DNA of 32,324 nt, taken from NCBI GenBank assembly GCA_024280495.1, contig JAJRPZ010000098.1, forward strand, positions 1 through 32,324, written 5' to 3'. Positions 1 through 9,578 of this stretch are shown here, piece after piece. The first letter of the stretch is position 1; every line of letters starts with the position of its first letter. The stretch is from Alphaproteobacteria bacterium. GTDB lineage: Bacteria > Pseudomonadota > Alphaproteobacteria > Caedimonadales > UBA9215. Made by a program: the position numbers and the translations under genes. The notes beneath the pieces are model-generated. The model saw nothing but the letters and a program-made list of their open reading frames with translations. It was not told where the DNA came from and searched no databases.

Positions 1-1362
1 AATGGAATGCCACCTAATGGAGTGGCCATCGAAGAGCTTTTTCGTCAGTTCCTTCAGGGGATGCAACAGGGGCAGGCTAAAAAATCAAGTTCATTGGGGT
101 CTGGTTTTTTAATTGCTCAGGAAGGTAAAACAGCCTTTATCGTAACGTGTAATCACGTTATTGCGAATGCTGATGAAATAAAAATCACCCTTCATGATGG
201 AACGGAACTTAATGCCAAAGTTGTCGGACGTGATAAACGAACGGATTTAGCTTTACTGAGTGTACAAACCGATAAAAAACTAACTGTTTTGGATTGGGGT
301 GATTCTTCAAAAGCTCGTGTCGGCGATTGGGTGATTGCCATTGGAAATCCATTTGGCCTTGGAAGTACAGTAACAACGGGGATTGTTTCATCCATTGCCC
401 GTGATATATTAGCCCGTTCAAGACATGGGGGTGCTGATTATGTAAGCGGTTATATTCAAACGGATGCTTCCATTAATATGGGAAATTCTGGCGGCGCGCT
501 TTTTGATATTAATGGCAAGGTGATTGCGGTGAGTACTGCTATTTATACGCCAAATGGTGGTAACATCGGCATTGGATTTGGAATCCCATCTTCTTTGGCT
601 AAAAAAGTTATTGCGCAACTCAAAAAATTTGGTAATACAAAGCGTGGTTGGCTTGGTGTTCGTATTCAAAATGTAACAGATGAAATTGCCGAAACATTGA
701 ACCTTGAAAAAGGTCAAGGGGCTCTTGTTGGTGATGTTGCCTCCAAGGGACCTGGAAAAAAATCAGGTCTTCAAACTCAGGATGTTATTTTAGCTTTCAA
801 TGGTAAATATATTAAAGAATCAAAGGAACTTCCTCATATTGTTGGTGAGTCTGAAATTGGTTCGACTGTTCCTATGGTTGTTTGGCGTGATGGTCAAAAA
901 GTAACACTAAGAGTTGTTGTGGGGGAATGGGAAAAAGCTGAAAAAGAAGGTCTTCTCGATGATCAAAGCTATGATATTCAGAAAAAAGTTGAAAAGAAAG
1001 AGCAAATATTAGGAATTGCAACACGGGAAATAACGCCAGGTATGAAAGAACGCTACCGTTTGCCAACGGATGTGAAAGGCCTTTTTGTTGCCTTTGTTGC
1101 ACCAGCATCGGAAGCATTTGGAAAATTCATACGTCCAGGAGATATTGTTCAACAGCTCACCTCTGGTTCCATGAAAATAACACCAAAAACTCCCGATCAA
1201 TTTCAAAACTTTATTGAAAATCTTCAAAAGGTTGGTAAGGAAAAAGTTTTGCTATTGCTGAACACGAAGGGAAATTTGCGTTATATCGCTCTCAGTCTTA
1301 AAAATAAAACTGAGAGAAGAAAAGATGAAGACACAGCAAAAAGCACCTCTGATAGAAAATAA
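1..1362 (+). CDS. degP: Do/DegP (HtrA) family periplasmic serine endoprotease, 5' partial
   Basis: Trypsin triad motifs SLGSGF, TCNHV (His), TDLALL (Asp), QTDASINMGNSGG (Ser), followed by PDZ domains (RGWLGV). The frame is open from base 1 and no signal peptide is present, so the true start lies upstream of the window. Confidence 0.93.
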   Translation, partial: NGMPPNGVAIEELFRQFLQGMQQGQAKKSSSLGSGFLIAQEGKTAFIVTCNHVIANADEIKITLHDGTELNAKVVGRDKRTDLALLSVQTDKKLTVLDWGDSSKARVGDWVIAIGNPFGLGSTVTTGIVSSIARDILARSRHGGADYVSGYIQTDASINMGNSGGALFDINGKVIAVSTAIYTPNGGNIGIGFGIPSSLAKKVIAQLKKFGNTKRGWLGVRIQNVTDEIAETLNLEKGQGALVGDVASKGPGKKSGLQTQDVILAFNGKYIKESKELPHIVGESEIGSTVPMVVWRDGQKVTLRVVVGEWEKAEKEGLLDDQSYDIQKKVEKKEQILGIATREITPGMKERYRLPTDVKGLFVAFVAPASEAFGKFIRPGDIVQQLTSGSMKITPKTPDQFQNFIENLQKVGKEKVLLLLNTKGNLRYIALSLKNKTERRKDEDTAKSTSDRK

Positions 1363-1417
1363 AACTTTATGAATAAAGAGGTTAATTCTTTTTTTTCATA
1401 TAAACAGGAATGATATT

Positions 1418-2944
1418 GTGGTTGCATTGATCCATACAGTTGCCTTCCAGGGCATTGAAGCTGTTTCTATTGAGGTTCAGGTTCAAGTATCCTCTGGATT
1501 GCCTTCTTTTTCCCTTGTGGGATTACCTGATAAGGCCGTTGCGGAATCAAGGGACCGGGTTCGAGCAGCCCTGACATCTATTGGTATGGCGCTCCCTCCT
1601 AAAAAAATCATTGTGAACTTATCCCCCGCTGACCTTCAAAAGGAAGGAAGCCATTTTGATCTTCCCATTGCCCTTGGGTTGTTGGTGGCATTGAAAGCTC
1701 TCACCCCCGATGATATACGGGATAAAATCGTTCTGGGTGAATTGGCCCTTGATGGTAGAATTTCAAAAGTTTCTGGTGTATTGCCAGCGGCTATTATGGC
1801 TGCTTCAGAGGATATGGGAATTATCTGTCCCTATGGAAATGGTCCCGAAGCAGCATGGGCAGAAGGAATTCAAGTTATAGCTCCCCCAGATTTATTATCC
1901 TTGATGAATCATGTGAAAGGCAAACAAATTCTCCAAGCTCCAGAACCTCAACTCTTATCAATCAACTCTGATTTACCAGATATGAAGGATATTAAGGGGC
2001 AAGAAAGTGCTAAACGTGCCCTTGAAATTGCTGCTGCTGGGGGACATAATTTATTGATGCAAGGGCCACCTGGGGCTGGAAAGTCAATGTTGGCTGCGAG
2101 GTTGCCAGGTTTACTGCCACCACTATCACCAAAAGAAGCCTTGGAAGTCACCATGGTTCATTCCATCGCAGGACAACTCAATCAAGGCCAACTTCTTCAA
2201 GAGCGTCCTTTTCGGGACCCTCATCATTCAGCTTCATTGCCAGCTTTGGTAGGTGGTGGTGCCAAGGCAAAACCAGGGGAAATTTCTCTCGCCCATTGTG
2301 GCGTTCTTTTTTTAGATGAGCTTCCTGAATTTAACAGCAGCACTCTTGAGACATTGCGCCAACCCCTAGAAACAGGAAAAATCATGATTGCACGCGCTAA
2401 TAATCATGTGACTTATCCTGCTCGTTTTCAATTCATAGCAGCGATGAACCCGTGTCGTTGTGGCTATATTGATGATGCAGAACGGGCCTGTTCCAGGGCG
2501 CCTAAATGTGCTATTTCTTATCAATCAAAACTTTCAGGACCTCTTTTGGATCGTATTGATTTGAATATTTTTGTTCCTGCGGTCATGGCACGGGATTTAG
2601 CCTCCGCTAAAATTGGTGAGTCAACGGCCACCATTGCGGCTCGTGTTTCAAAAGCACGACAACGTCAATTGGAAAGGTATCAAACACTTTCTGGAAAGAA
2701 TGATATTGCGGGGCTTAATAATGCAACTTTACCAGTAAAATTCCTTGAAAAAATTGCCGTTCCCGATGAGCGTGGTCGCAATATTCTTAATCAAGCCGCT
2801 GATAAATTTAAACTTTCTGCCAGAGGATATCATCGTATTTTGAGGGTAGCTCGCACTTTGGCTGATCTTGAAGACGTAAAATCCATTGGATACACTCACA
2901 TCGCCGAAGCCATCAATTACCGTCAAATGGGCACTGCCCTATAA
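1418..2944 (+). CDS. comM: YifB/ComM family Mg-chelatase-like AAA+ ATPase
   Basis: VGLPDKAVAESRDRVR, NLSPADLQKEGSHFDLPIA, Walker A GPPGAGKS, PFRDPHHS, GEISLAHCGVLFLDE, AAMNPCRCG, LSGPLLDRID; GTG start. Confidence 0.95.
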   Translation: MVALIHTVAFQGIEAVSIEVQVQVSSGLPSFSLVGLPDKAVAESRDRVRAALTSIGMALPPKKIIVNLSPADLQKEGSHFDLPIALGLLVALKALTPDDIRDKIVLGELALDGRISKVSGVLPAAIMAASEDMGIICPYGNGPEAAWAEGIQVIAPPDLLSLMNHVKGKQILQAPEPQLLSINSDLPDMKDIKGQESAKRALEIAAAGGHNLLMQGPPGAGKSMLAARLPGLLPPLSPKEALEVTMVHSIAGQLNQGQLLQERPFRDPHHSASLPALVGGGAKAKPGEISLAHCGVLFLDELPEFNSSTLETLRQPLETGKIMIARANNHVTYPARFQFIAAMNPCRCGYIDDAERACSRAPKCAISYQSKLSGPLLDRIDLNIFVPAVMARDLASAKIGESTATIAARVSKARQRQLERYQTLSGKNDIAGLNNATLPVKFLEKIAVPDERGRNILNQAADKFKLSARGYHRILRVARTLADLEDVKSIGYTHIAEAINYRQMGTAL

Positions 2945-2994
2945 AATCTCATGAGGTGGTCCTCAAAATATACACACACATTTAAAAACAACCA

Positions 2995-3123
2995 CTATAT
3001 TACGCTTCCAGTAATGTTCGTTTTATAAGGAAGAATTTCAAAATCCTCAATAGGAGTTGCCAGTCCTCTTGACGCCAAAATTGAAAAGGCAAGCAATATC
3101 GACTTTAAGTATATATTTTTCGT
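2995..3123 (-). pseudogene. Probable remnant of a secreted-protein gene (ACG in place of ATG, early stop)
   Basis: Minus strand reads GGGAGT-N5-ACG AAA AAT..., giving (M)KNIYLKSILLAFSILASRGLATPIEDFEILPYKTNITGSVI*. Good SD spacing and a Sec-type signal peptide, but an ACG start and only 42 codons. Confidence 0.45.
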
Positions 3124-3149
3124 TTTTTACTCCCTGTTTTTTTATTTTT

Positions 3150-4547
3150 TTAAAATGCCCTTACAATTTCCTCACACATTTTTTTGGCATCACCAAATAG
3201 CATCATGGTATTATCGCGATAGAAAAGCTCATTATCCACACCAGAATATCCAGGACTTAGGGATCGTTTGATAAAGAGAACTGTTTTTGCATTTTCAACA
3301 TCTAAAATAGGCATACCATAAATAGGACTTTGAGGATCCGTTTTTGCAGCAGGATTCGTTACATCATTAGCCCCAATGACAAAAGCGACATCGGTTTGAG
3401 AAAAATCGCGATTGATTTCATCTAATTCCAAGACATCTTCATAGGGGACATTGGCTTCTGCCAATAACACATTCATATGACCTGGCATACGCCCTGCCAC
3501 TGGATGGATGGCATAACGAACTTTAATCCCTTTTTCCTTGAGAGTATCAACCATTTCACGTAGGGCATGTTGAGCTTGTGCAACGGCCATACCGTATCCA
3601 GGAACAATAATAACTGACTCTGCATTTTCAAGAATGTATGATGCATCTTCGGCACTTCCTGACTTGTGGGCACGATCGCTAGGAACTGCCCCTCCGTCTG
3701 ATTTTCCAGAAGAAGCTCCGCCGCCAAAACCACCAAGAATCACATTAAAAATCGATCGATTCATGCCTTTGCACATAATATAACTCAAAATTGCACCAGA
3801 GGCACCAACAAGGGCGCCCGTGATGATGAGGAGATGATTATTTAGAGTGAATCCAATACCAGCGGCTGCCCACCCTGAATAAGAATTCAACATGGAAACA
3901 ATTACTGGCATATCCGCGCCTCCAATGGGAAGGATAAGTAAGAATCCTAACAGAAGACTTATGGCAACAACCATAGCAAAAATAGCATAGGATTCAGAGA
4001 CAACAAAAAAATAAGTAAGGGCAATAATAGCAATGCCAAGACCAGCATTTAAAGCATGTTGCCCTATAAATGATAAGGGCGCACCACTCAATACGCCTTG
4101 CAATTTACCAAAAGCAACAAGAGATCCCGTAAAGGTAATAGCACCAATGGCAACACCAATGGACATTTCAATTAAGCTAGCACTTTGGATAGCGCCAATG
4201 GTTCCAATGCCAAAGGCAGCTGGTGCGAAAAGAGCTGACGTCGCGACGCAAACGGCCGCTAAGCCGACTAAACTGTGAAAAGCTGCAACCAACTGTGGCA
4301 AAGCAGTCATTTCGATTTTTTTAGCCACAACAGTTCCTATAGTTCCTCCAACGGCAATACCTAGGATGATTAGAAAATAATCATGGACATCATTGGAAAA
4401 CACAGTGGCGATAATGGCCAAGGCCATACCAATAATACCAAGGGCATTTCCAGTGCGGGCAGATTTCGGAGAGGACAATCCTTTCAAAGAAAGGATAAAG
4501 CAAACAGATGCTATCAAGTATAAAAGTGCTTGAATATCTTGAGTCAT
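3150..4547 (-). CDS. pntB: NAD(P) transhydrogenase subunit beta
   Basis: [77 protein letters not shown]. Confidence 0.98.
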   Translation of the reverse strand: MTQDIQALLYLIASVCFILSLKGLSSPKSARTGNALGIIGMALAIIATVFSNDVHDYFLIILGIAVGGTIGTVVAKKIEMTALPQLVAAFHSLVGLAAVCVATSALFAPAAFGIGTIGAIQSASLIEMSIGVAIGAITFTGSLVAFGKLQGVLSGAPLSFIGQHALNAGLGIAIIALTYFFVVSESYAIFAMVVAISLLLGFLLILPIGGADMPVIVSMLNSYSGWAAAGIGFTLNNHLLIITGALVGASGAILSYIMCKGMNRSIFNVILGGFGGGASSGKSDGGAVPSDRAHKSGSAEDASYILENAESVIIVPGYGMAVAQAQHALREMVDTLKEKGIKVRYAIHPVAGRMPGHMNVLLAEANVPYEDVLELDEINRDFSQTDVAFVIGANDVTNPAAKTDPQSPIYGMPILDVENAKTVLFIKRSLSPGYSGVDNELFYRDNTMMLFGDAKKMCEEIVRAF

Positions 4548-4550
4548 GAT

Positions 4551-5000
4551 TTATTTTCCTTCTTTTTTAGGGAGAGTTTTCTTTTTACCAGAAAACATCG
4601 AAAGCATGCGTTGGGTGACGACAAAACCGCCAAAAATATTAATAGAGGCAAGAACAACCGCAATGAACCCCAAAATAGAAGCAAAATTAAAATGAGGAAG
4701 GCCTGCTGCCATAAGGGCACCAACGATAATCACACTGGAAACTGCATTGGTAATAGCCATCAGGGGCGGATGCAAAGCTGGTGTTACTTTCCACACAACA
4801 TAATACCCAACAAAGGCTGCCAGCGTAAAAACCGTGAGGCCAAAAATAAAAGGAGACACGCCGAAGAGGGCCTCATCTTGCAAAGAGGCCGCGCGCACTG
4901 CTTCCTGTGTCAGGTCATGGAGGTCCGCTGATTTTTGCGCAAGCTCCGTTGCTTTGTTCGACAGGTCTTTTGAATATTGAACCAGGGTATCTAAACTCAT
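4551..5000 (-). CDS. pntAB: NAD(P) transhydrogenase alpha subunit, membrane part (PntAB)
   Basis: [18 protein letters not shown] and [16 protein letters not shown]; lies between pntAA and pntB, with a 4-bp overlap with pntAA. Confidence 0.95.
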   Translation of the reverse strand: MSLDTLVQYSKDLSNKATELAQKSADLHDLTQEAVRAASLQDEALFGVSPFIFGLTVFTLAAFVGYYVVWKVTPALHPPLMAITNAVSSVIIVGALMAAGLPHFNFASILGFIAVVLASINIFGGFVVTQRMLSMFSGKKKTLPKKEGK

Positions 5001-6172
5001 TTTTTATCTCCTTTTGAGGAAGTTTTGTGAGGCGATGCTATTTTCATGAAATCTGGATGAATAATTTTACCACCATGGGTCAAGGTAGCTGCCTTTAAAA
5101 TATCATCATTTAAATCAATGGTAATTTTTTTTGAGTCTTTATCATGCATGAGGGTTAATAAATTAAGGATATTCCTTGCATAAAGAGTGCTTGCTTCCGC
5201 GGGGAGACGCCCAGGCAAATTGCCATGACCAATAATTATCACCCCTTTTTTATGGATGATTTTACCAGGGACAGAACCTTCAATGTTTCCACCCATTTCA
5301 ACGCCCATATCCAACAACACGGATCCTGGTTTCATGGCAGAAACCATTTCTTTTGTCACAAGACGTGGTGCTGGTTTTCCAGGAATCAATGCCGTTGTAA
5401 TGACAATGTCTGATGCAGCAACACTTTCTGCCATTTTATCGGCTTGGCGTTTTTTATAAGCCTCACTCATTTCCTTGGCATAGCCCGCCGCCGTTTCATT
5501 AGATTCAGCATCGGGATCCACTTCAATGAATTTACCACCCAGGCTTTCCACTTGCTCCTTAACCGCGGCACGCACATCAAAGGCTGAAACAACAGCGCCC
5601 AACCGTTTGGCCGTTGCAATGGCTTGAAGACCAGCAACCCCTGCCCCAACAATTAAAACCTTTGCAGGTGGCACTGTGCCTGCGGCAGTCATCATCATCG
5701 GCAATGCACGGCCATATTCATAAACGGCATCAATGACGGCACGGTACCCAGCAAGGTTGGCTTGAGAAGATAAAACATCCATACTTTGCGCACGGGTGAT
5801 ACGCGGAATCATTTCAAGGGCTATGGCACTCACATGTTTTTTTTCACAAGCCTCAATCAAATCTAAATTATGATAAGGCGCCATGGTCGCAATAATAATA
5901 GCCTCTTTTGAAAGGCCCTTAAGCTCATTTTTGATTTGAGGCGCACGTACCTTTAAAAGAATATATGCTTTATCAAGGGTGGCATCTACCGTTTTACAAA
6001 GGGTCGCGCCAGCCTGAGCATAAGCGTCATTGGAAAAGGACGCCGCAAGGCCTGCTCCTTCTTCAACAGAAACCGTCAATCCCATGGAAATCATTTTTTT
6101 TGTGGTTTCAGGGGTTACGGCAACCCGTGTTTCACCTTCATAAGTCTCTTTTAAAATGGCAACTTTCATCAA
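4997..6172 (-). CDS. pntAA: NAD(P) transhydrogenase alpha subunit, NAD(H)-binding part (PntAA)
   Basis: [62 protein letters not shown]. Confidence 0.97.
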   Translation of the reverse strand: MMKVAILKETYEGETRVAVTPETTKKMISMGLTVSVEEGAGLAASFSNDAYAQAGATLCKTVDATLDKAYILLKVRAPQIKNELKGLSKEAIIIATMAPYHNLDLIEACEKKHVSAIALEMIPRITRAQSMDVLSSQANLAGYRAVIDAVYEYGRALPMMMTAAGTVPPAKVLIVGAGVAGLQAIATAKRLGAVVSAFDVRAAVKEQVESLGGKFIEVDPDAESNETAAGYAKEMSEAYKKRQADKMAESVAASDIVITTALIPGKPAPRLVTKEMVSAMKPGSVLLDMGVEMGGNIEGSVPGKIIHKKGVIIIGHGNLPGRLPAEASTLYARNILNLLTLMHDKDSKKITIDLNDDILKAATLTHGGKIIHPDFMKIASPHKTSSKGDKK

Positions 6173-6272
6173 AGGATCCCTTGCTGATATTTATTTATTT
6201 TATTTTTAGCATAAAGAGTCAGAAATACAAATTAAGTATTTTCAATGTGACCAAAAAGAAAGGAGAAAAAAC

Positions 6273-6302
6273 AAAAAAAACCGCGGAATAAACCGCGGTT
6301 TT
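6273..6302 (-). terminator. Rho-independent terminator of the OMP gene
   Basis: AAAACCGCGG (6277-6286) pairs with CCGCGGTTTT (6293-6302); followed by a T-run on the minus strand, ~20 nt after the OMP stop. Confidence 0.85.
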
Positions 6303-6324
6303 GGTTAGTTTTACAAGTTCTAGA

Positions 6325-6978
6325 CTAGAATTTGTAACCCAAACGAATTTTAACGTCATGGATACGAGGTTTAGCATCGATAGTGTTGCCAGCAGTAGCC
6401 AAAACTGGTGCTGCGATTGCAGTGGCAGTAGCAGTTCTTTTTTCACCGTAGAAAGATACTGAATATTCCATACCAACCAAGAAGTTTTCTGCAATAACAG
6501 TTTCTGCACCTAGACCAACAACGAATGCATTATGACGTTGTGATTTAACCCCACCAGCAGTAATTACAGCTTGAGAAAAGCCATTTTCAAACTTTGCATT
6601 TTCCCAACCAAGTTTGATGTAAGTCATCCAAGAGTTAAGATCAATACCTGCACGAACGGCAAGACCGAATGCTTCTTTACGTTTTGATGCAGAATTGGCT
6701 GCAAGCTTTACGCTACCGAAGTTAAAGGAAGCTTCTGCACCCAAAAGGAACATACCCATTTGATATGTATAACCAGCATGAACACCACCAGCGAAACCAC
6801 GAGCATGTGCTTCAGTAGTAGCAACAATAACACCAGCTCTAGTTCTAGTTTCAGCTTTTACGGAACCAACACCGTAACCAGCGTTTAGACCTGCATAAAA
6901 ACCAGAAAAGTTAGAATCAGCGTTAGCAGCAAAAGCTGTCAAAGCAACAACAGAAGTTGCAATCATTTTTTTAAACAT
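6325..6978 (-). CDS. Outer membrane beta-barrel protein (Omp25/RopB/porin-family, 8-strand type)
   Basis: Signal peptide MFKKMIATSVVALTAFAANA, N-terminal FSGFYAGLNAGY, GGVHAGYTYQ, C-terminal RLGYKF BAM signal. Confidence 0.9.
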   Translation of the reverse strand: MFKKMIATSVVALTAFAANADSNFSGFYAGLNAGYGVGSVKAETRTRAGVIVATTEAHARGFAGGVHAGYTYQMGMFLLGAEASFNFGSVKLAANSASKRKEAFGLAVRAGIDLNSWMTYIKLGWENAKFENGFSQAVITAGGVKSQRHNAFVVGLGAETVIAENFLVGMEYSVSFYGEKRTATATAIAAPVLATAGNTIDAKPRIHDVKIRLGYKF

Positions 6979-6985
6979 TTTGTTT

Positions 6986-7035
6986 TCCTTTAATAATATG
7001 TTTCACGGCGAACCGTATGACTTATTATTAAAGGA
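6986..7035 (-). promoter_or_regulatory. 13-bp inverted repeat covering the OMP Shine-Dalgarno (leader hairpin or operator)
   Basis: TCCTTTAATAATA (6986-6998) is the exact reverse complement of TATTATTAAAGGA (7023-7035); inner stem ACGG-TTCG-CCGT on the minus strand. The 3' arm contains the SD AAAGGA, 7 nt before the ATG. Confidence 0.6.
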
Positions 7036-7210
7036 GGAAAAGGGATAAGCAAACAAGAAAAATGAAGAAAGAAAAATGATGTCGTGGGGTGTGATATTTT
7101 TGCCACACTTTTTTATTCATCCCACTTGGACACAGATAGCTTTCCTTGAAAAAGAGGCAGGGGAAATCAAACCTTTTGAGCCCCCCAGCACTATAGGGGA
7201 TTGCTCTCAG

Positions 7211-7705
7211 TTATTTATAATCAACACTTACTATTTCATAGTTTTTTTTACCACCAGGGGTTTGAACGACAGCGCTATCACCTTCTGATTTTCCTATGAG
7301 GGCCCTTGAAAGGGGTGCTTTGAAAGATATTTTCAAATCCGTGAGGGACGCTTCATCCATACCAACAATTTGATAAGTAATTTCTTCGTCAGTATCTTCA
7401 TCAGCAATACAAACAGTTGCGGAAAAACGCACGACATCACCGGACATTTTCAAGGGATCTATGACCTCTGCCAAGGAAAGTTTAGCTTCGATTTCCTTAA
7501 GGCGCCCTTCAATGAAGCCTTGTTTTTCACGAGCTGCATGATACTCAGCATTCTCGGAAAGATCACCGTGGGCGCGAGCTTCTGCAATGTCTGCTATAAC
7601 GGCTTTACGTTCGACATTCTTTAATTGTAACAATTCTGCTTCAAGGGCTTTATGGCCCTTGGCAGTCATGGGGTGCTTTTGCATAGTTTTCTTAGCCTTA
7701 CTCAA
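7211..7705 (-). CDS. greA: Transcription elongation factor GreA
   Basis: ARAHGDLSENAEYHAAREKQ and APLSRALIGK. The start may instead be the ATG at 7684. Confidence 0.97.
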   Translation of the reverse strand: MSKAKKTMQKHPMTAKGHKALEAELLQLKNVERKAVIADIAEARAHGDLSENAEYHAAREKQGFIEGRLKEIEAKLSLAEVIDPLKMSGDVVRFSATVCIADEDTDEEITYQIVGMDEASLTDLKISFKAPLSRALIGKSEGDSAVVQTPGGKKNYEIVSVDYK

Positions 7706-7750
7706 AATTCATTAGAAATAATATAGATTATTTATACATAAATTGCCATA

Positions 7751-9577
7751 TTACTCAACAGTTACTGATTTGGCAAGGTTTCTAGGTTGATCCACATCGG
7801 TGCCTTTAATAACGGCTGTATGATAAGCCAATAATTGGGCAGGAATCGTATAGACAAAAGGCGCCGTTAAAAACGACGTCTCAGGGACAGTGATTCGAGC
7901 AAGTGCCATTGAGGAATACTGGCTTTGACCAACGGTATCGGAAATCAAAATTATTTTTCCTTTACGAGCAGCCGCTTCTTCAACATTTGAAGCAACCTTG
8001 TCATACAAATAATCATGGGGAGCAGAAACAATAATCGGCACATTTTCGTCAATTAAAGCAATGGGCCCATGTTTCATTTCTCCCGCTGCATAACCTTCTG
8101 CATGGATATAAGAAATTTCCTTGAGTTTTAAAGCACCTTCCATGGCAATGGCATAACAAGAACCACGACCAAGATACAAAACATCACGGGCTTTAGCAAT
8201 ATCTTCAGCCACTGTTTTACAATCATCGGAAAGCTTCAATGTTTGCTCTAAAAGATTTGGCAAACGACAAAGGTCTTTGCATTTATCAATTAAATCTTGA
8301 TCCGTCAATAAACCACGGCCATGGGCGAGTTTAAGAGCCAACACCGCCAATACAACCAGTTGCGTTGAAAATGCTTTGGAGGAGGCAACACCGATTTCAG
8401 GCCCCGCATAGGTCATGAGAGGAGTATCCACGCTCCTTGCAAGGGAACTATTGGCAACATTCACAACCCCAAGTGTATGCTGACCTTGTGATTTAACATA
8501 GTTAAGGGCAGCCATGGTATCCGCTGTTTCGCCAGATTGTGAAATAAAGAGAGACACGCCATCATCCATAACGGGTGGCTTGCGGTACCTAAATTCAGAA
8601 GCAATATCCACTTCGACTGGAATACGTGCCAGTGTTTCAATCCATGTTTTTGCAACTAATCCTGCATAATAAGACGTGCCACAGGCAACAATAGTCAAAC
8701 GTGTAATATCTTTTGGATTAAAACCAAGGGATGGCACATCAACTGTTGTTCGGTCAGATCTTAAATAGGCATTAAGAGTTTGACGTACTACATCTGGTTG
8801 TTCATAAATTTCTTTCAACATAAAATGCCGATAAGGACCCTTTGAAATTTGATCAAAACCGCCTGTATAAGTTTCTGACAAACGAGTTACTTTTTCATGG
8901 GTATGGTCAAAAATTTGAGTTTGGTTTTTTGTTAGAACGGCAACATCACCATCCTCAAGATATGTTAAATTTTGCGCAAGCCCCGCGAGAGCCAAGGCAT
9001 CAGAGCCAATAAATTTTTCTCCATCAACACCTTCACCAATGGCAAGGGGGCTCCCCTTGCGCGTTCCATAAAGACGATCAGGATTACTTTTAAAAATAAT
9101 AGCGAGGGCATAAGCCCCCTCTAGCTTGCCAATGGTTTTAAAAATAGCATCCAAAGGCGTTAGACCTTCTGCTTCATAAAGGGATAAAAAATGCGCGATA
9201 ACTTCGGAATCCGTTTGGGTTTCACAAGCAATTCCAAGGTTTAGAAGTTCTTTTTTTAGATCCATATGGTTTTCAACAATACCATTGTGAACAATGGCCA
9301 CGGCAGGCGTTGTGTGAGGATGCGCGTTTTGTTCCGTTGGCAACCCGTGCGTCGCCCATCTAGTGTGTGCAATGCCAATTAAGCCATCAATGCCCTTACC
9401 CTCGAGTTTTGCATCTAAATTTACGATTTTACCAGGCGCACGGCATTTTAAAATTTCTTGATCTTTAATGACGGCAATACCAGCAGAGTCATACCCACGA
9501 TATTCAAGGCGACGTAACCCTTCTACCAAACGATGGACCACTGGTCTTTGACTTAAAATTCCAACAATTCCACACAT
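7751..9577 (-). CDS. glmS: Glutamine--fructose-6-phosphate transaminase (isomerizing)
   Basis: MCGIVG N-terminus, LEYRGYDSAG, HTRWATHG, SQSGETADT, C-terminal DQPRNLAKSVTVE. Confidence 0.99.
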   Translation of the reverse strand: MCGIVGILSQRPVVHRLVEGLRRLEYRGYDSAGIAVIKDQEILKCRAPGKIVNLDAKLEGKGIDGLIGIAHTRWATHGLPTEQNAHPHTTPAVAIVHNGIVENHMDLKKELLNLGIACETQTDSEVIAHFLSLYEAEGLTPLDAIFKTIGKLEGAYALAIIFKSNPDRLYGTRKGSPLAIGEGVDGEKFIGSDALALAGLAQNLTYLEDGDVAVLTKNQTQIFDHTHEKVTRLSETYTGGFDQISKGPYRHFMLKEIYEQPDVVRQTLNAYLRSDRTTVDVPSLGFNPKDITRLTIVACGTSYYAGLVAKTWIETLARIPVEVDIASEFRYRKPPVMDDGVSLFISQSGETADTMAALNYVKSQGQHTLGVVNVANSSLARSVDTPLMTYAGPEIGVASSKAFSTQLVVLAVLALKLAHGRGLLTDQDLIDKCKDLCRLPNLLEQTLKLSDDCKTVAEDIAKARDVLYLGRGSCYAIAMEGALKLKEISYIHAEGYAAGEMKHGPIALIDENVPIIVSAPHDYLYDKVASNVEEAAARKGKIILISDTVGQSQYSSMALARITVPETSFLTAPFVYTIPAQLLAYHTAVIKGTDVDQPRNLAKSVTVE

Positions 9578-9578
9578 A

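Noticed and set aside
2952..2965. TGAGG-TGGT-CCTCA hairpin as the comM terminator
   Set aside because: Only a 5-bp stem with no plus-strand U-tract; too weak to call.
4551..6172. pntA split in two as a frameshift or pseudogene
   Set aside because: Separate PntAA and PntAB subunits are the established arrangement in Rhodospirillum rubrum and many Alphaproteobacteria; both ORFs are complete and translationally coupled.
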